In this document: piece by piece, positions 11,470-24,989 of the stretch
Numbering within the stretch: the first letter of the stretch is position 1
Layout: every line of letters begins with the position of its first letter
NCBI GenBank assembly: GCA_028023455.1
Contig: JAQFVV010000002.1
Span: forward strand, 9,734,001-9,798,000
DNA length: 64,000 bases
Reading direction: 5' to 3'
Source of the DNA: Epiperipatus broadwayi
Taxonomy: Eukaryota; Animalia; Onychophora
The notes under the pieces: generated by a model
Database searches by the model: none
What the model saw: the letters and a program-made list of their open reading frames with translations, nothing else
Told to the model about the DNA's origin: nothing
Made by a program: the position numbers and the translations under genes

Positions 11470-14200
11470 TGGATAGACTGCAAATATTGATGAAACACCA
11501 AGAGCAATTTTAAATAATGGTGGATTATGGGAAGCTTAAAAAATACTGAATTTTTTTACAAATACATAGAATCATAAAGTTGTGTCCTCTTATCTTAAGG
11601 ATGCTTCTATTATTTCAATTTTTAAAAGTAGAGGCTAGATAAGATTATAAGAATTATTGTGGAATATAGTTGATAATCACTAGAGCAAAGATACTTTAAA
11701 GGATCTTGTTGAATAGATTACTTCCAATCAAAGATAAATGATTATCAGACTGAATATGATTTAAGAAAATCAAGAAACACTTTAGATATAGTTTTTTGTT
11801 GAAAGGCAAATATAAAAAAAGTGTCTGGAACAAAGACATCATCCATATACTGTTGTGATAAAGGCAGTTAAGTCTTAATCTATCATATCTGTGGCACTTT
11901 GAAATTAGTTGGATGGCTACCAATTTATCTTATTATATAGCTTCTAACAGGCTAAAATAAAAGGAAATGTCATTTACTATAAAAGAAAATCTGAGGCATT
12001 TAAAATGAAAACTTGGATTTAAAAAATGTATACTACTTTCTTTTCAATTTTTATGATAGTGAAATCTGGACTTATTTAAAAATGGCTTCATGAAGCAAGC
12101 ATGAAGATGCATACAGATTTGATACAGGAATTTTTAATTTTTAATGGATTAAAAGCAAAAAAAAAAAATTCATCATTTTAATTTCTAGATTTATAATAAG
12201 TGGATAATTATGCTATCCTTGACAATTCAAAAAACATAATAATTATGCTATCTTTGACTATTCAAAAACCAATCTACAAAATATACTTAAAACTTTGAAA
12301 GCATCATACAAAAACTTTGGTTTAGTAATTAATGTTCAAAACAAAAACTTCCAAGTTTTATCAACCAATGATGGAAGATAAATCTTCAGCAACTTTTAGC
12401 TTAGATGGTTAACAATTTAAAATGTGAATGAATTTAAATTTAACATAGACTTCAATTAAAAAAGTTTTACATAATTGCTATTTTACTAAAGTTATTGCTT
12501 GAAAATCAAACTTCATTTCCCTAGGTATACACTATAAAGGCATTAGAAAAAATTTCATTTACAGATGGTCTACAAAATTTTAAGAATACAATGGCAAGAT
12601 CATAAACTCAATATAAACTTCATTTAACTTACTAGATGTGATATTATAGGTCTATTATTATAAATCACATCTTCATTGGACTGAAAATGTGAAACAAATA
12701 AACAATAGCATACTTTCTAAAAAAAAAAAAATTATAATGAAATTGAACATATTGGTACTTACATAGTTTGCCTGCCAGAAAGCTTGCCACCCATTTTATT
12801 TTAAATTATCCATTTTTAGGGGCTCCCAACACATTGTATAAATAATACGACTGATTCTAAGTTATGATATTCAATATTTACATTTTTTTTATTTATTAAA
12901 ATGATAAAGAAACACAAACCTCCAAAGGGTTATAATTAAACTTTTTTAATGTAAATGCAGTAAAAAAAAATAAAACATGATTGATTAAGCCAAAAAACGA
13001 TGTTTTGGATCCTTCTAATCATGTTCATATACAATACCGCCAATGTGTCTCTATTTGCACATAAAGTGTAATATCAATCCCATAATCATATATTTTTCAA
13101 GTGGGCACTATCTTGCAATTTGAAAATAGTCCACTGCATCTTGTTCTGTCGATGAAAGATTCCAAATGTTAATCATATTTCCAAAAAAAATATGTTAAAA
13201 AAATCACAGGTTAAAAGAATGTCAACTACAAAAAAAAATATAAATTTTAACCACATGTTATCTGTTTGCCTCATGTCAATATTTGGATGCTATGTGGTGA
13301 ATGGAATTTATTAAAAAAATGTATTTGAATTTTTTAAAATTAACATTCAATTTACAATACATTTGTTATATTTTTTAAAGTTATCAAATTATACATGTTC
13401 GAGAAATAAATATTAACATGAGGTGAACAGATAACATGGTTAAAATTAACATTATTTTTTTTTTGTTGACATTTGTTAATAAGTGGTGATTTTTTTTAGC
13501 ATTCTTTTTTTGCCATATCACTTTTGGAAATATTAAATTTTGGAATCTTTCACCAACAGAACAAGATGCGGTGGGTTATTTTCAAAATTGCAGGATAGTA
13601 TCCAACTGAAAAGTATATGATATGGGGCTGATATTACACTTTATGTACAGAGACACAATGGCGGTGTCATGTGTGAACATTTTCTAAGCGCCTATCTGTT
13701 TGGAAAGGAGCATGGTTAGAAGGCTCCAAAACATCATTTATTTGTTTAATCATGTGTGTTTTTTTTTTACTGTATTTAGATTTAAAATGTTTTTAATTAC
13801 AATCCTTTGGACTTTTGTGTTTCTTTATCATTTTAATAAATAAAAAAAATATAAATATCCAATACAATAATTTAGAGTCAATCATATTGTTTATATCACG
13901 TTTTAGAAGCTTGCTGAGCTCCTGAAAATGAATTATTTAAAATAAAATGAGTGGCAAACTTTCTGGCAGACAAACTGCATAAGTATCAGCATATTTTTCA
14001 TAGAAAAGACAGATCCCATTTACAATATAAAGATTGATTCAAAGACACTCCAAAGAAGTGCAATACTGATTGTTTTCCTTTGAAAATAGAATTCAATGAG
14101 GAAGTACAATTACATAAGATGCTGATGTTTTTCAAGAAGAAAAAATTTACTGCAGAAGTTTTAAAAAGCATTGCAAAATATCAAACAGAAAAATGGACAA
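11470..14200 (+). mobile_element. Decayed RTE-clade (BovB-like) LINE, interrupted by the foldback element at 12754-13987
   Basis: Broken frames give ILNNGG, KDASIISIFK, RILLNRL, RKSRNTLDIVF, KCLEQ and ILRIQWQD. The C-terminal part resumes after 13995. Confidence 0.62.
12754..13987. mobile_element. Foldback TIR element with about 530-bp inverted arms, GGTAC termini and 8-bp TSD (Merlin-like)
   Basis: Arms about 12754-13284 and about 13408-13987 are reverse-complementary. Ends are GGTACTTAC.../...TAAGTATC, and flanks are AACATATT (12746-12753) and AGCATATT (13988-13995), 7/8 identical. Confidence 0.85.
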
Positions 14201-16389
14201 GCATGTTCTATGTATTAACATATTTATGTTTCACAAATAGCTTTGTACAGATATTGCAAAATCCACATCTAATAATATAAATCCTAGTAATAGTAATCTA
14301 GTAATATAAATTATTTTTGCATGGAACAAAAATTTTAAAATTATTAATTAAATCTTTAAGTGTATTTTCAGTGCAGAGCACTTTTTTCAAAAGGCAAATA
14401 TTAGAATAACAATACATAAGATTGTTAAATATATTATAGAAAACTTGTAGAGTATTTTTATTACATATTATTATTTAGTCTATTTTTTCTTCTTCTTCTT
14501 GGAGTTGGAATAGCCATAATAATTTCTGAGTAATGATAATGAAGTCAGTATATAAAATTAATCTATAATGAAAGTGTTTTATTGAATTATTATACTCATG
14601 TGTTTTAATCTAGCAAAATCTGCACCTGTAAAAATTAATCTGTACACATGCATATATAAAAACAATATGAATGCTACAAAAAAGCATAAAACAGCCTTTA
14701 TAATAACTCACTACAGAATAAAAACTATTCCAATAGCCCCTCCCATTTGATAATGAAACAATAAAGGCAGTATTAAGTAATCCTGCTAATTGTTAGTTGA
14801 TGGGAATTTGAGCATGTTTGCTATCTATCTAAGAATAGTTAAATATCCATTTAGTAATCAATATTTGATAATTAGATGAGTAAACTATGGACGGGCTATA
14901 TAAACTGCTAAAAAAAATTGCCATGATTGATATATTCATATGTATGCACATATGAATGCTTAAAATCAAAGTATAAAAAAAAATACACTAATTATTCAAT
15001 TACATAAATTCTGACATCAATAATATATATACGCTATAACAATTCCCATGTAGATTTCAGAATTAATTCAGATGCTTAAACAAGAAAAATAGATGATTCA
15101 TGCCTTCAGATAATTAAAGCCAGGTTCTCTCAGATCTAAAACTAAAACACACTCCAATGTTTCTGAAGAATTATTTTACTATTATTGACTACTTTAAAGA
15201 TCAGAAAAACTAAAAACTATTTATTAATGCTTAGAAAAATTTTAAACTACATTGAAATATCTGTTAGCACAAAACTGGAAAACAAATTGGTTTCTGACAA
15301 TCCATTAAACACTCATAGCAAATTATAACAGAGCAATATTATAAATATCATTCCCTATATATAACATTTTTTATTAATAGAAAAAAAAAGCATTTGATAA
15401 TATAAACATAACTATATCCAAAAAATTAATTGAATTAGGCAATACACAAATATGACTTTATATCAGGAGAAAAATCATGATACTAATCAAGCCCTTTGAA
15501 GTGCAACCAGGAATGAGTCTGAAATGCTTACTTTCATCTTTATTGTTTATAAACATGACAATATATAATATATATAAAAAAGCTAGATATCCAGTAATCC
15601 ATTTATTGCATCTGCAACAATAATTTTGATAACATAATAAAATGGATAACTGTTTAATTAACAAACATGATAAATTTATCTTAAACACCAAAAAAAGACT
15701 AAATAATAAGTTTTAACAATAAAGGTATTACACAATTTAAAATTGATCAGAATATTGAAGCCGTGCTGGGTTTCTGCTATCTGGAAGGTTTCATTATATG
15801 AAAATAATAAATAATAATAATGATAATAATAAATAATATTAAAAATATGTTTTATAGCAAATATGGATGTCCACAGATATAAAAATTGAAAAACAGGCAT
15901 GCAAATTTGTGATAAATATCAAATGTCTTCTGTATGGATGTGAAATCTGAGAAAGAAAATTATCATTTGATTCAAAGTTACAGAAATTTATTAACAGATG
16001 GTGGCCAAAAATGCTAGCAGAAAGAATCATGAAAGGAAAAAAAAAAGCATACAAAATCTTATCAGATAGAATACATTGCAAAAGATGTTCTAAATTGAAT
16101 ACAATGTGTATGCTGAAGCAGAGGCAGGCCTAAAATAACTTATATATTTCTAGAAGTATAGAAACTTGAAGAATTATTGGATATTAAACAGATAACAAAA
16201 AATCAATGTATGAAGAAAATTTATTTTAATTTTATCTATATAAATCTGCAATAAATTTCTTCTTTAAAGAATACAATAATGGCTACCATTAATTATAATG
16301 ACTTTAGCAGACAAGTCTAAAAAATTTAAGAGATATTTTTGTTTTGTTTACTTTGAAGCTCAACAATTAAATGGCAATACCTAAGATAA

Positions 16390-16770
16390 AGGACTTCAAA
16401 GATTGTATTGAATAAATAACAAAACTACAGAAAGAATGAAATTTTAATGATTTTTTTACTTTCAACTTAGAAAATATAAATGATACATTAACCATAATAA
16501 GTCTTACATCAGTGAGAGATAACATTATTATATAACTATATATCTACTTTTTATAATACTTATCTGAATAGCATTGCAAGCCTTGGAAGAATATAAAAAT
16601 TACAATTTATAATAAATATTGGTAAGCCTGTAAAATGGGATGAAATGCTCCTTTTCAACACTTTCAGTGGAAATAAATTGATAAAACCAACTAATCTCCC
16701 AATTCTTCACTGGTTAAGGGGCTAGTGCATTTTTATTAAAATTCAATTCTCTGAACTGATTATTTGTCCA
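16390..16770. repeat. Unclassified interspersed repeat; second copy at about 28900-29270
   Basis: Shared collinear blocks such as AATGATACATTAACC, GTCTTACATCA and CATGNAGGTTTTCCA in both locations. Confidence 0.6.
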
Positions 16771-16849
16771 TGTAGAGGTTTTCCATTACTATATTCTTTG
16801 CTCAATTCAATTTTTATTTTTTACATTGGTGTGTGCTCAACATTTTGTT

Positions 16850-17520
16850 ATTTATAAAGTACACACTGCACTATCCCATCTCATTTCAAAAAACAATTTT
16901 TTCCATTCCTCTACTTATAGTTTTCTCAATATCTGGGAGATCATCCACTTCTTTCCTTTGTTGGGCTTCTGGCATATTATTTTGTTGATTTATTTCTGAT
17001 AGTTCAGAGTATGTATTCTCCAGTGGTAACACAACTTCTTCAGTTGCAATTATTGGAAGAACTTAATTTATTTCCAGTTATTTATGATTCAAATGTTTGT
17101 TCCTTAGCAGAGTTTGTCCAGTTCCTATAGACGAGGTTAGTGCAATGATGAGTATAGTTCAAAAATGGTTTTGATTTTACCTATTTGGCTGGAAATTATT
17201 TTGATCATTATACTATCCACCTCTTCTGAAAATAGTCAAGTATCCAATTGTTTCCTCCAATTAAGTAAATACACTTTTCTTTCATAAGTAAGTTGGCAAT
17301 TTTCTCCAGGAATCAGTATGAATATTTAACAATATAATTTCTGTCCTATTAATAATTCTGCAAATGATTTGCCTGTAGTTGGAGACAGAGTAATATATTG
17401 ATACAGCATAGCCACATTAATGACTTTTTGCATATTGTCTGCATAGCCATATTTATGACTTTTTTGCATATTGGCTCTATTTGCACACTCTAGTTTTTAT
17501 AATTACAAGCTTATTAAATT
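16850..17520 (-). mobile_element. Ty3/gypsy integrase C-terminal region
   Basis: Homologous to 20010-20340, whose translation gives PSTGKSPAELLMK and KRWIEG (post-core and GPY/F-like region). Confidence 0.55.
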
Positions 17521-17790
17521 AAGATGTGATGTATGACACATTTTTAGTACTAAAATAGCTTTTGCTTTTAAGTCTTAAGCAATATTATATTGCTAAGACT
17601 ATTAATATATGATATGGCTGAAGTATTCTCAGGCTCATATAGCTATTTAAGTTGAATAGCCCATATAGCTATTAAGTTGAAGAGCTGGGTTTGAAAACAT
17701 CTAGGCGTCTAAAAATTTGAGATTGTCTACTTAAAAGTTACTTATCAGATAAGTGCTGGCTTTGAGTTGGTATTTTGGAATTAATGTCTG

Positions 17791-17848
17791 GAATATCCTA
17801 GCGCCTCACTGAAGAATGCCAAAAGCATGAAACCGATCTGAGGATATA
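17791..17848 (+). ncRNA. Hammerhead ribozyme of the same PLE family as 1215-1277, with one stem III substitution
   Basis: CCTCA / CTGAAGA / ATGC-CAAAA-GCAT / GAAA / CCG / ATC / TGAGG. Core, stem I and stem II are intact; ACCGGT has become ACCGAT. It lies in a PLE-tail insert at about 17520-17900. Confidence 0.65.
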
Positions 17849-17899
17849 GATTTTGGTTAGGGTTTGTATTAGTTTCTGCTAATCCATTGGATTCAGAGT

Positions 17900-20340
17900 G
17901 ATATGTTGAACTTATCCCTCCTCACCAAATTCAACAAAACAATTCTCAAATTCAACCAACATAAACCTTGTACTATTATCAGATATGAGGTGTTCAAATG
18001 ATCCATGACTGAAGAATATTTCTGGTAACAACCTGATTGTTGTTGCTAAATTCATATTTTTGCCGATTTTATACTTGTTCCATATATGGCCAATATCAAT
18101 CACTACTAAAAATATATGATCTTCCAATAGATCTACATGTTTCAATGTGCAAACAATTTCAAGGTTTCTCAATATTAGCATGAAATAAATTTCTGTGGTG
18201 GATCATTTGCCGATAACTGATATTCTGCATCTTTTAATGATTGATTCAATATCTGAAGCAATCCAAGATCACCAAACATAATTGTAAACAAGACTTTTTG
18301 CTTTTACTGTGCCAGGATGATCATTTCCATGCATCCTTGGGACAGTATCAGTACTTTATCGAAAGCAAAAATGCAGCCCTTAATTGTTGGTAATTTGGCA
18401 CATAAATTCCATAGAGATTTATGGATATTTTTTTAACCATTTCCTGAAACAACCCTTCTTTATTCAAGTTTTTGCTCCTGCTGTTACAGTTTGACTATTA
18501 GTTTCGGCTTCCAGCTATCATATGATTTATATTTATGTCCTGTTCTGCTTTTTTGATTGCATATGGTATATGCAAAAAGACATCTGCATTCTTTATTTGA
18601 TTCCTCGCATTAATTTCTAATTCATTACTAAATGCAACAATCCATTATACCACTGTACCATTCATGGACTTAGTGTTCAGATGCTATCTTTTTTTTACAG
18701 AATATTCCCAATAAGGAATGATGATCTGTTATTACTTCGAAAGGATAATTGTAAAAATAATGGAATCTTTTAACAGTACAAATAATATAACTAGCATTTC
18801 TTTTTTAACTGGCTGTAATTTTTTTCCAATTTTGACATCATTCTTAACATGTTAGTTGTAAGATGGTCACCATGCGGAAGGAATAATTAAGTACAGCTCC
18901 ATTTCCATATTTTGATGCATCGATTGTCAAGATTACATCAAAATTATTATTAAAATAAAGCAAAGTTTGCTCAATATTAGCAAATCTTTGATTTTTAAAA
19001 ATGCCTCTTATTGCAATTTATCTTAAGTTCAGTATTTTCCCCTATAAAATAACTTATGTAGAGATATATGGCTTTCCCTCCTGAGAAAACTTTCAAAGAA
19101 GTTTACAAGTCCAAGAAATGTCTGTAATTGTTTAGTATTTCTCACTCTATGTGCATTTTTAATTGTTTTTACTTTTTCTGGGTTGGGATTTATGCCTTCT
19201 CCTGAAATAATATGGCCTAAGAATTTTATTTCTCTAACACACTATATATCAGAGTTTACTATAGCTCAAAACAGATGACCACATACTTTTTAAATTCTCT
19301 TTCATAGTAAACTTTTGAACTAGTAGTTATTAATATGTTATCAAAATATAGTTTGAAACCATCTATTTCTTTAACAGTCTGTTAATTTTTGCTTGAAAAA
19401 TGCTCAGGGCTATAATTATTCCAGAAGAAAGATGATTGTATAGAAAGAAACCCTTTATGATGATGGTATATAAACAAACCCTTTATGAGTTATAATAGTT
19501 AGATCTTAGCTATTTTTTCAAATACTGATATTTGCTGAAAAACTCAGATAAGATTTAATTTTGCAAAGAATTTAACACCTAATCTCACTAGCAATTTCTC
19601 TTACATTGGAGAAGGGATAAAGACATTTTGATAATGCTTTATTTATTAATTCAATAATCATAACATATTTTCATTTGTCCATTAAATTTCACAATGGTAA
19701 TTATAAAAGTACCCATTCTGCATTTTCTATAAGCACTATTACTTTTTTAAAAAGGCATTCAAAGTGTTTTCAACTTGTGTTCTCAATGCAAATGATATCT
19801 TGCATGCTTAACAGTATTGGGTTTTGCACCTTCGAGGTGTTCTATAATGACTGGATCTGCTTTAATTTTCCTTTGATCTTACCTGAATAATTTTGGATAT
19901 AGAGTTTGGATTGGACAAAACAAATTTTTATAACTTAAAGGTTTAAACTATTTCCGGCCTAATAATGATTTAATTTACTCTTTACAATGAAAAAAATTGT
20001 TTATGGCATTGGTTATTTATTTCTCAGCATTATCCTAGATATAATTTATATGGTGAGTACATAGCCCAAAAGTGGTTTGCCTTGTGCTATTTGGCTGGAA
20101 ATGATTTTCATCATTGTTCCTTCTATCCACCTCTTTTGAAAATTGTTACATATCCAAATTTTTTCTCAATTAAGTAGATACACTTTTCTTCTATAGATAA
20201 TTGACAATAGCCTTTCTCCATGACTATTTTACTACGTAGTTTTCATTTCATTAATAATTCTGCAGGTGATTTGCCTGTAGATGGAGTAAATATGTTGATG
20301 CAGAATTATCATATTTATGACTTTTTGTATTATTTAAATA
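17900..20340 (-). mobile_element. Ty3/gypsy pol (protease end, RT, RNase H, integrase), decayed
   Basis: Motifs YFDNILIT, LQTFLGLVNFF, IDASKYGNGAVL, EKNYSQLKKE, HPGTVKAKSL and HGSFEHLISDNS, in gypsy domain order. Confidence 0.82.
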
Positions 20341-22600
20341 CAAATTACTATACAGAAAAAGAATCAGAATCACAACTAATTTCTGTAAATATAACGGACT
20401 ATAAATTTTCTCTTGAACAAAGTAATTTACTGAGTAAAAATCCATCATTTATACCATTTACAGACAAAGATATAAAGAAGAGAATTATGACAGACCTTGA
20501 ATTGGCACATATTTCATATGGGGTGAAAAAAAGAAATTACATTGGGTTTTAAATAGACATTTATATGAATTTAATATTTCTAATAAGAATTATAACTACA
20601 GAAAAATAATAAACAAATTAGATATATATGTAATGGTTATGGGATTGTAATAAGTAAGGAAGATAAAGATTGGCGTTTTGTTGTAATGTACGCTAAGGAC
20701 TATAATGACAAAATAGATAGTGTAATAAAAAATGAGGGGTATAGTAGATTATCTAAAGAAGATGAAGCTTTATAAAATTATAAGTGATAATCAATATTAT
20801 TCTTTATATCCTAATCCATATGAGAACCCATATATATTTAGTATGGTAAAAACGCATAAAGAAGATAACTCTTTAAGAATATTATTTAATAGCAATTTCA
20901 TTTTGCATAAATTTTGTAAATATTTAAATAAATGGATAGCTGATATAATTGATTACAGTCAATATTGTATAAAAAATATAGAGGCTATTATTGATAAATT
21001 AAATATGATGAATATAAATAGAAACCACAGTATTTTTGTGATGGACATAGAATCGATGTACCCTAGTATCCCTAGATTTAAAAGTATTAATATCATCATA
21101 AAGGTTTTATCTCTATATATCAATGATGATAACATAATTAATATTATAAATGAAGCATTGAACCTAATAAATAATAGTTTATATTTTAAATATAATAACA
21201 AATATTGGGGTATAAATAAGGGATGGGTAATGGGATACGTGATTAGTGAGCTTATGGCATCTATGTTTATTAATGATATGGAAATCAATATTATAAAAGG
21301 TAGTATATTTAAAAAAGAAGTACTACATTATTTTAGATATGTAGATGATAGTTTGATAATTGGTAATAAGAGGGCAATATATAAATTATATAAACAATTT
21401 AATAATAATGATGATAACATAAAGTTTATTATGAAAGAAATTGGTAATGAAATTAGGTATTTAGATATTGAAAATAGTTTAAATCAAAATAATGATATTA
21501 AAGATGATAAATTAAGGAAAATTATATCAATAGATTCAAACAACCATGGATACAAAAAATGAGTGTAATAAAGAATTTTAAATATAAGAATGATAGATTT
21601 AATACAGATAGAAATATGGCTATATTACAGAAGAATAAATTCAAACAGGCATATATGGGATATGGATACGCGGCGCAGAGTATTGACAATATATTTTCAC
21701 GAAATAACGTAACTAGCACCAATAATAACAGACGTAGGACTAATAAACAAAAGAAATGGATACAAGTTTCCTATTTATCTAGTGTATATAATGTATTAAA
21801 TAAAAAAAGTAAAAATTATATAGATAAAAACATTAATGTGGGATGGGCTAATAGCAAAAATTTAAATAAATTGATAACTAATTGTAGGATGACAGATGCA
21901 GTAAAATAAAAGAGAGGAATGGTTTATAAAATTAGATATAATTTTTGTACTATGGTTTACTATGGCCAGATGGCAAAGCAATTGGGAGAAAGTGCTAAAG
22001 AACATGATGCTATTGCTAGGAGGGATGATAGATCTGCGTTATACGTTCATTATTTACAGTACAGACAAAATAAATTGCATTGATAATATAAGCGTTCTAG
22101 ATTATATTATGAATGTTAATAGACATAAAATATATGAAACAAACTATATCATGTATAATAAAGACAATTGTATGAATATATACAAAACATCCATTAAGTT
22201 GAATAATAAGTAGTTAATGGATAAAGAATGGATAGTTAATATATGTGGCTATATATCCGTTCAATTTGTATAATAGTTTAATTTTGTAATATGTCGGATA
22301 TCCATTTGTTTGTCTGTATTCTTTCGTGTATTGATATAGATGTTGCTGTATGTACTTTAAATCGTGGTATTCTGGAGACATATTGAAAAAGGCAAAAAAC
22401 ATAATTTGCCGAAAAAGGCTTTTTTATGATAATTATATACTTTGTATAATCTTTGTTGTTTGTAGATATCTATTTTTTAACATATTATTGACTATTAAAT
22501 ACAAATATATATATATACTTAAGCTAGATTTAATTAGAAGGGATTTGAACCTAGACTTTCAAGCTTCCTTGTCTTACTTTTAGTTAGTGTTTGTTTAAAC
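20340..22600 (+). mobile_element. Near-complete decayed Penelope-like element (RT + C-terminal GIY-YIG)
   Basis: ORFs 20220-20552 (LSKNPSFIP) and 20732-21562 (MDIESMYPSIP, GWVMG, YFRYVDDSLII). The GIY-YIG region at about 21910-22210 reads GMVYKI...YYGQ...SALYVH. Confidence 0.9.
22378..22428 (+). ncRNA. Degenerate hammerhead motif in the PLE tail
   Basis: TTGAAAA-A / GGCAAA-AAACATAA-TTTGCC / GAAA / AAGGCTTTT. Perfect 6-bp stem II and GAAA, but two core substitutions relative to CTGAAGA. Confidence 0.5.
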
Positions 22601-24559
22601 AGTTATATTGCTTTTTCTGTTATTCCATTTGATTCAAGATCATAAATATGACTATGCTGTATCAACAACTACAGCAACAAGTCACTTGCATAATTATTAT
22701 TGGGAAGAAAGTTACAAAGTAAAATATTTATAGTGGTTTCTAGAGGAGACTGCAATTACCTACTGTAGCAATCAAAAATGTACAGCTCACAAAAATCACC
22801 CACAGGTTTACATATGAACACATTATGTTGTCATATGATCAAATAAATACTTTTTCCTCTTATAGCCTGCTAAAATTAGTTAGATGTAAGAAACTTTATC
22901 ATACTTTAATTACAACCCAAACGCTAAGACAATTTACAATTTATTTACATATATACATTATTACAACCCAAACAATAAGACAATTGACAGACATCTACAT
23001 GAAACATTAGTCTAAAGTTATTTTACCTGGGATTAAATTTAGAAAAATAACATATTATTTTCTTTAATTGCCTTATTTAGTTTGAATACAAATTAATATA
23101 GTTAGATTTATTGATTGTATTATTGTTTTTAAGCACAGACAATATACAATACATATTTTAATTATCTCTCGACAGATATAAACTCGCTGCACGGACTACA
23201 ATGGATTATAACACACTTTTAAGACTTATTAAATTTACAGTTTGTGGATATGCTAAAATCAGTCAATACACTATACTATTAACAGATTTGGATTAACATA
23301 AACACTATCAGGCTGTACTGCAGGTAAATAATGAAAACAATAATTATGTGTAAGAGTCAGGAAATATCATCTGCTTTATATTCATTTATGAACAAAGCGC
23401 ATACTACTGCTCAAAGGAAGTTATTATATGCTAGAGGTCAGCAGATGCAAACAGTATCACATAAAGAAAATATATATAAACAAAGCATATGACATACAGT
23501 AGGAATTTCATCTATCATATCATAATGCTGACTGTGAATGACCGGCAGATGCAAATGGAATCATACTCATTTCTGAATAAACAAAACTATACATATAAAC
23601 GAACATATAGACAAAACAGTTGGAAATAAAAGTATATCAGCTCAAGTAAATTTAATACTCTCAATTATTCTTTCCTATGCTTTTTTATTCCTAAACCTGG
23701 AGGATATTTTGCTTAAAACTGAATTATTGAAGACAATCCTTCTTAATTTAATGTCTATGAAGCATGTTTTTATATTATCCAGAAGTATTAATCTGCACTA
23801 TCCATGTTAATGATTGAACTATAATTTTTACAATTTAAGGCTAGTGGAAATGACTATTTCTGGATTTAAAATTAAGAGAAATGACAAGGTTTAGCAATAA
23901 TAATCTAGTTCTTTTATAAAAATACTTTTCTTTTTAGGTTTACACCGACTTATCATCCTAATTTCTAAATAGATCTAATTCGATGTAAAATTAATCATAA
24001 TAATTCATAAAATATTTTCAATATAAATTAAATGCAGGAGATAAAATATCTATTATTAATAATAGACAGTAACAACAATATATTCAAAGTTCATACATAT
24101 TACCCTTTACCTCACGGACCCAAGCTTTTATCATGTTGATCTTGATTACTGCAGCAATCTTTACTAACACATATTTACTTTCTTTGTTTAAGGGTAGCAT
24201 CTGATAATGTTTTCCTTGATTGATGGTTGGTTTCTCACTAAAGCAAGACACTTTTGAAGTTTAGATGGCATGTAGTTTGCATATAAACTGAACACAACAC
24301 TCCTTAAGATGGTTCTACATTATTTGCTGACTTCTTCCCAGCAACTCTTGATGGACTTATGGCTTGCACCCGGCCAGCTTGGTCAGAGTGGAGCAGATTA
24401 CAGTTTTTCTACTCTTCCATATTTTAATACAAAGCACACTAATAATCACAGCATAATAATCAATCAAAGCAGAATCAGCATAAAACAATTAAAACAGAAT
24501 AAGCAATCTTCAGAGAGTCCCTACTTATAATTCTTGAATTGTCTTATCAACAAAATCAG

Positions 24560-24900
24560 TTTCCATCATGGATCATCTCATATATCCATCTATTGGTGGT
24601 AGATAACTCCTAAACTTCATTATGGTCTGCAGCTTATTTGTCCAATTATAGCATTTATAAAATTTTAGTTTAGAAAGGGATTATACCAAAATAAAAGACA
24701 ATGTTTTAATGAGATATTTATCTCCTTAATTAGCCGATCTGTATCTAGAATTTAATTACCTTTTATAAATTAATGTCATTTCCACCTACCTAATTATAAA
24801 ATACCTTTACAAATGTTAATAAATAAATATTTAGTTTTAAATTACTTTTAAAATAAACTTAGAATTAATATTGCCTTATACATTTATCTGTGCCCATACT
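24560..24900 (+). mobile_element. Short PLE RT remnant
   Basis: KDNVLMRYLSP.LADLYLE resembles the PLE G..MG..LSP.LA.LY.E motif. Confidence 0.35.
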
Positions 24901-24989
24901 TATAAATAATTTCTATTTATTAAAAATTGTTGAAAACCTTTAAGTTAAAAATTCCTTCGAATTCTTCAACTTATATATGTATATAAATA

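Noticed and set aside
15458-15518. Phase-compatible stop-containing segment as a poison exon
   Set aside because: The acceptor is weak, there is no clear donor and there is no conservation evidence; such matches are expected by chance.
24100-24420. Tc1-like transposase C-terminus (WPG...CWEEV...MPSKLQKCL)
   Set aside because: The resemblance is only partial, the SPDLNPIE motif is absent and I found no TIRs; too weak to list.
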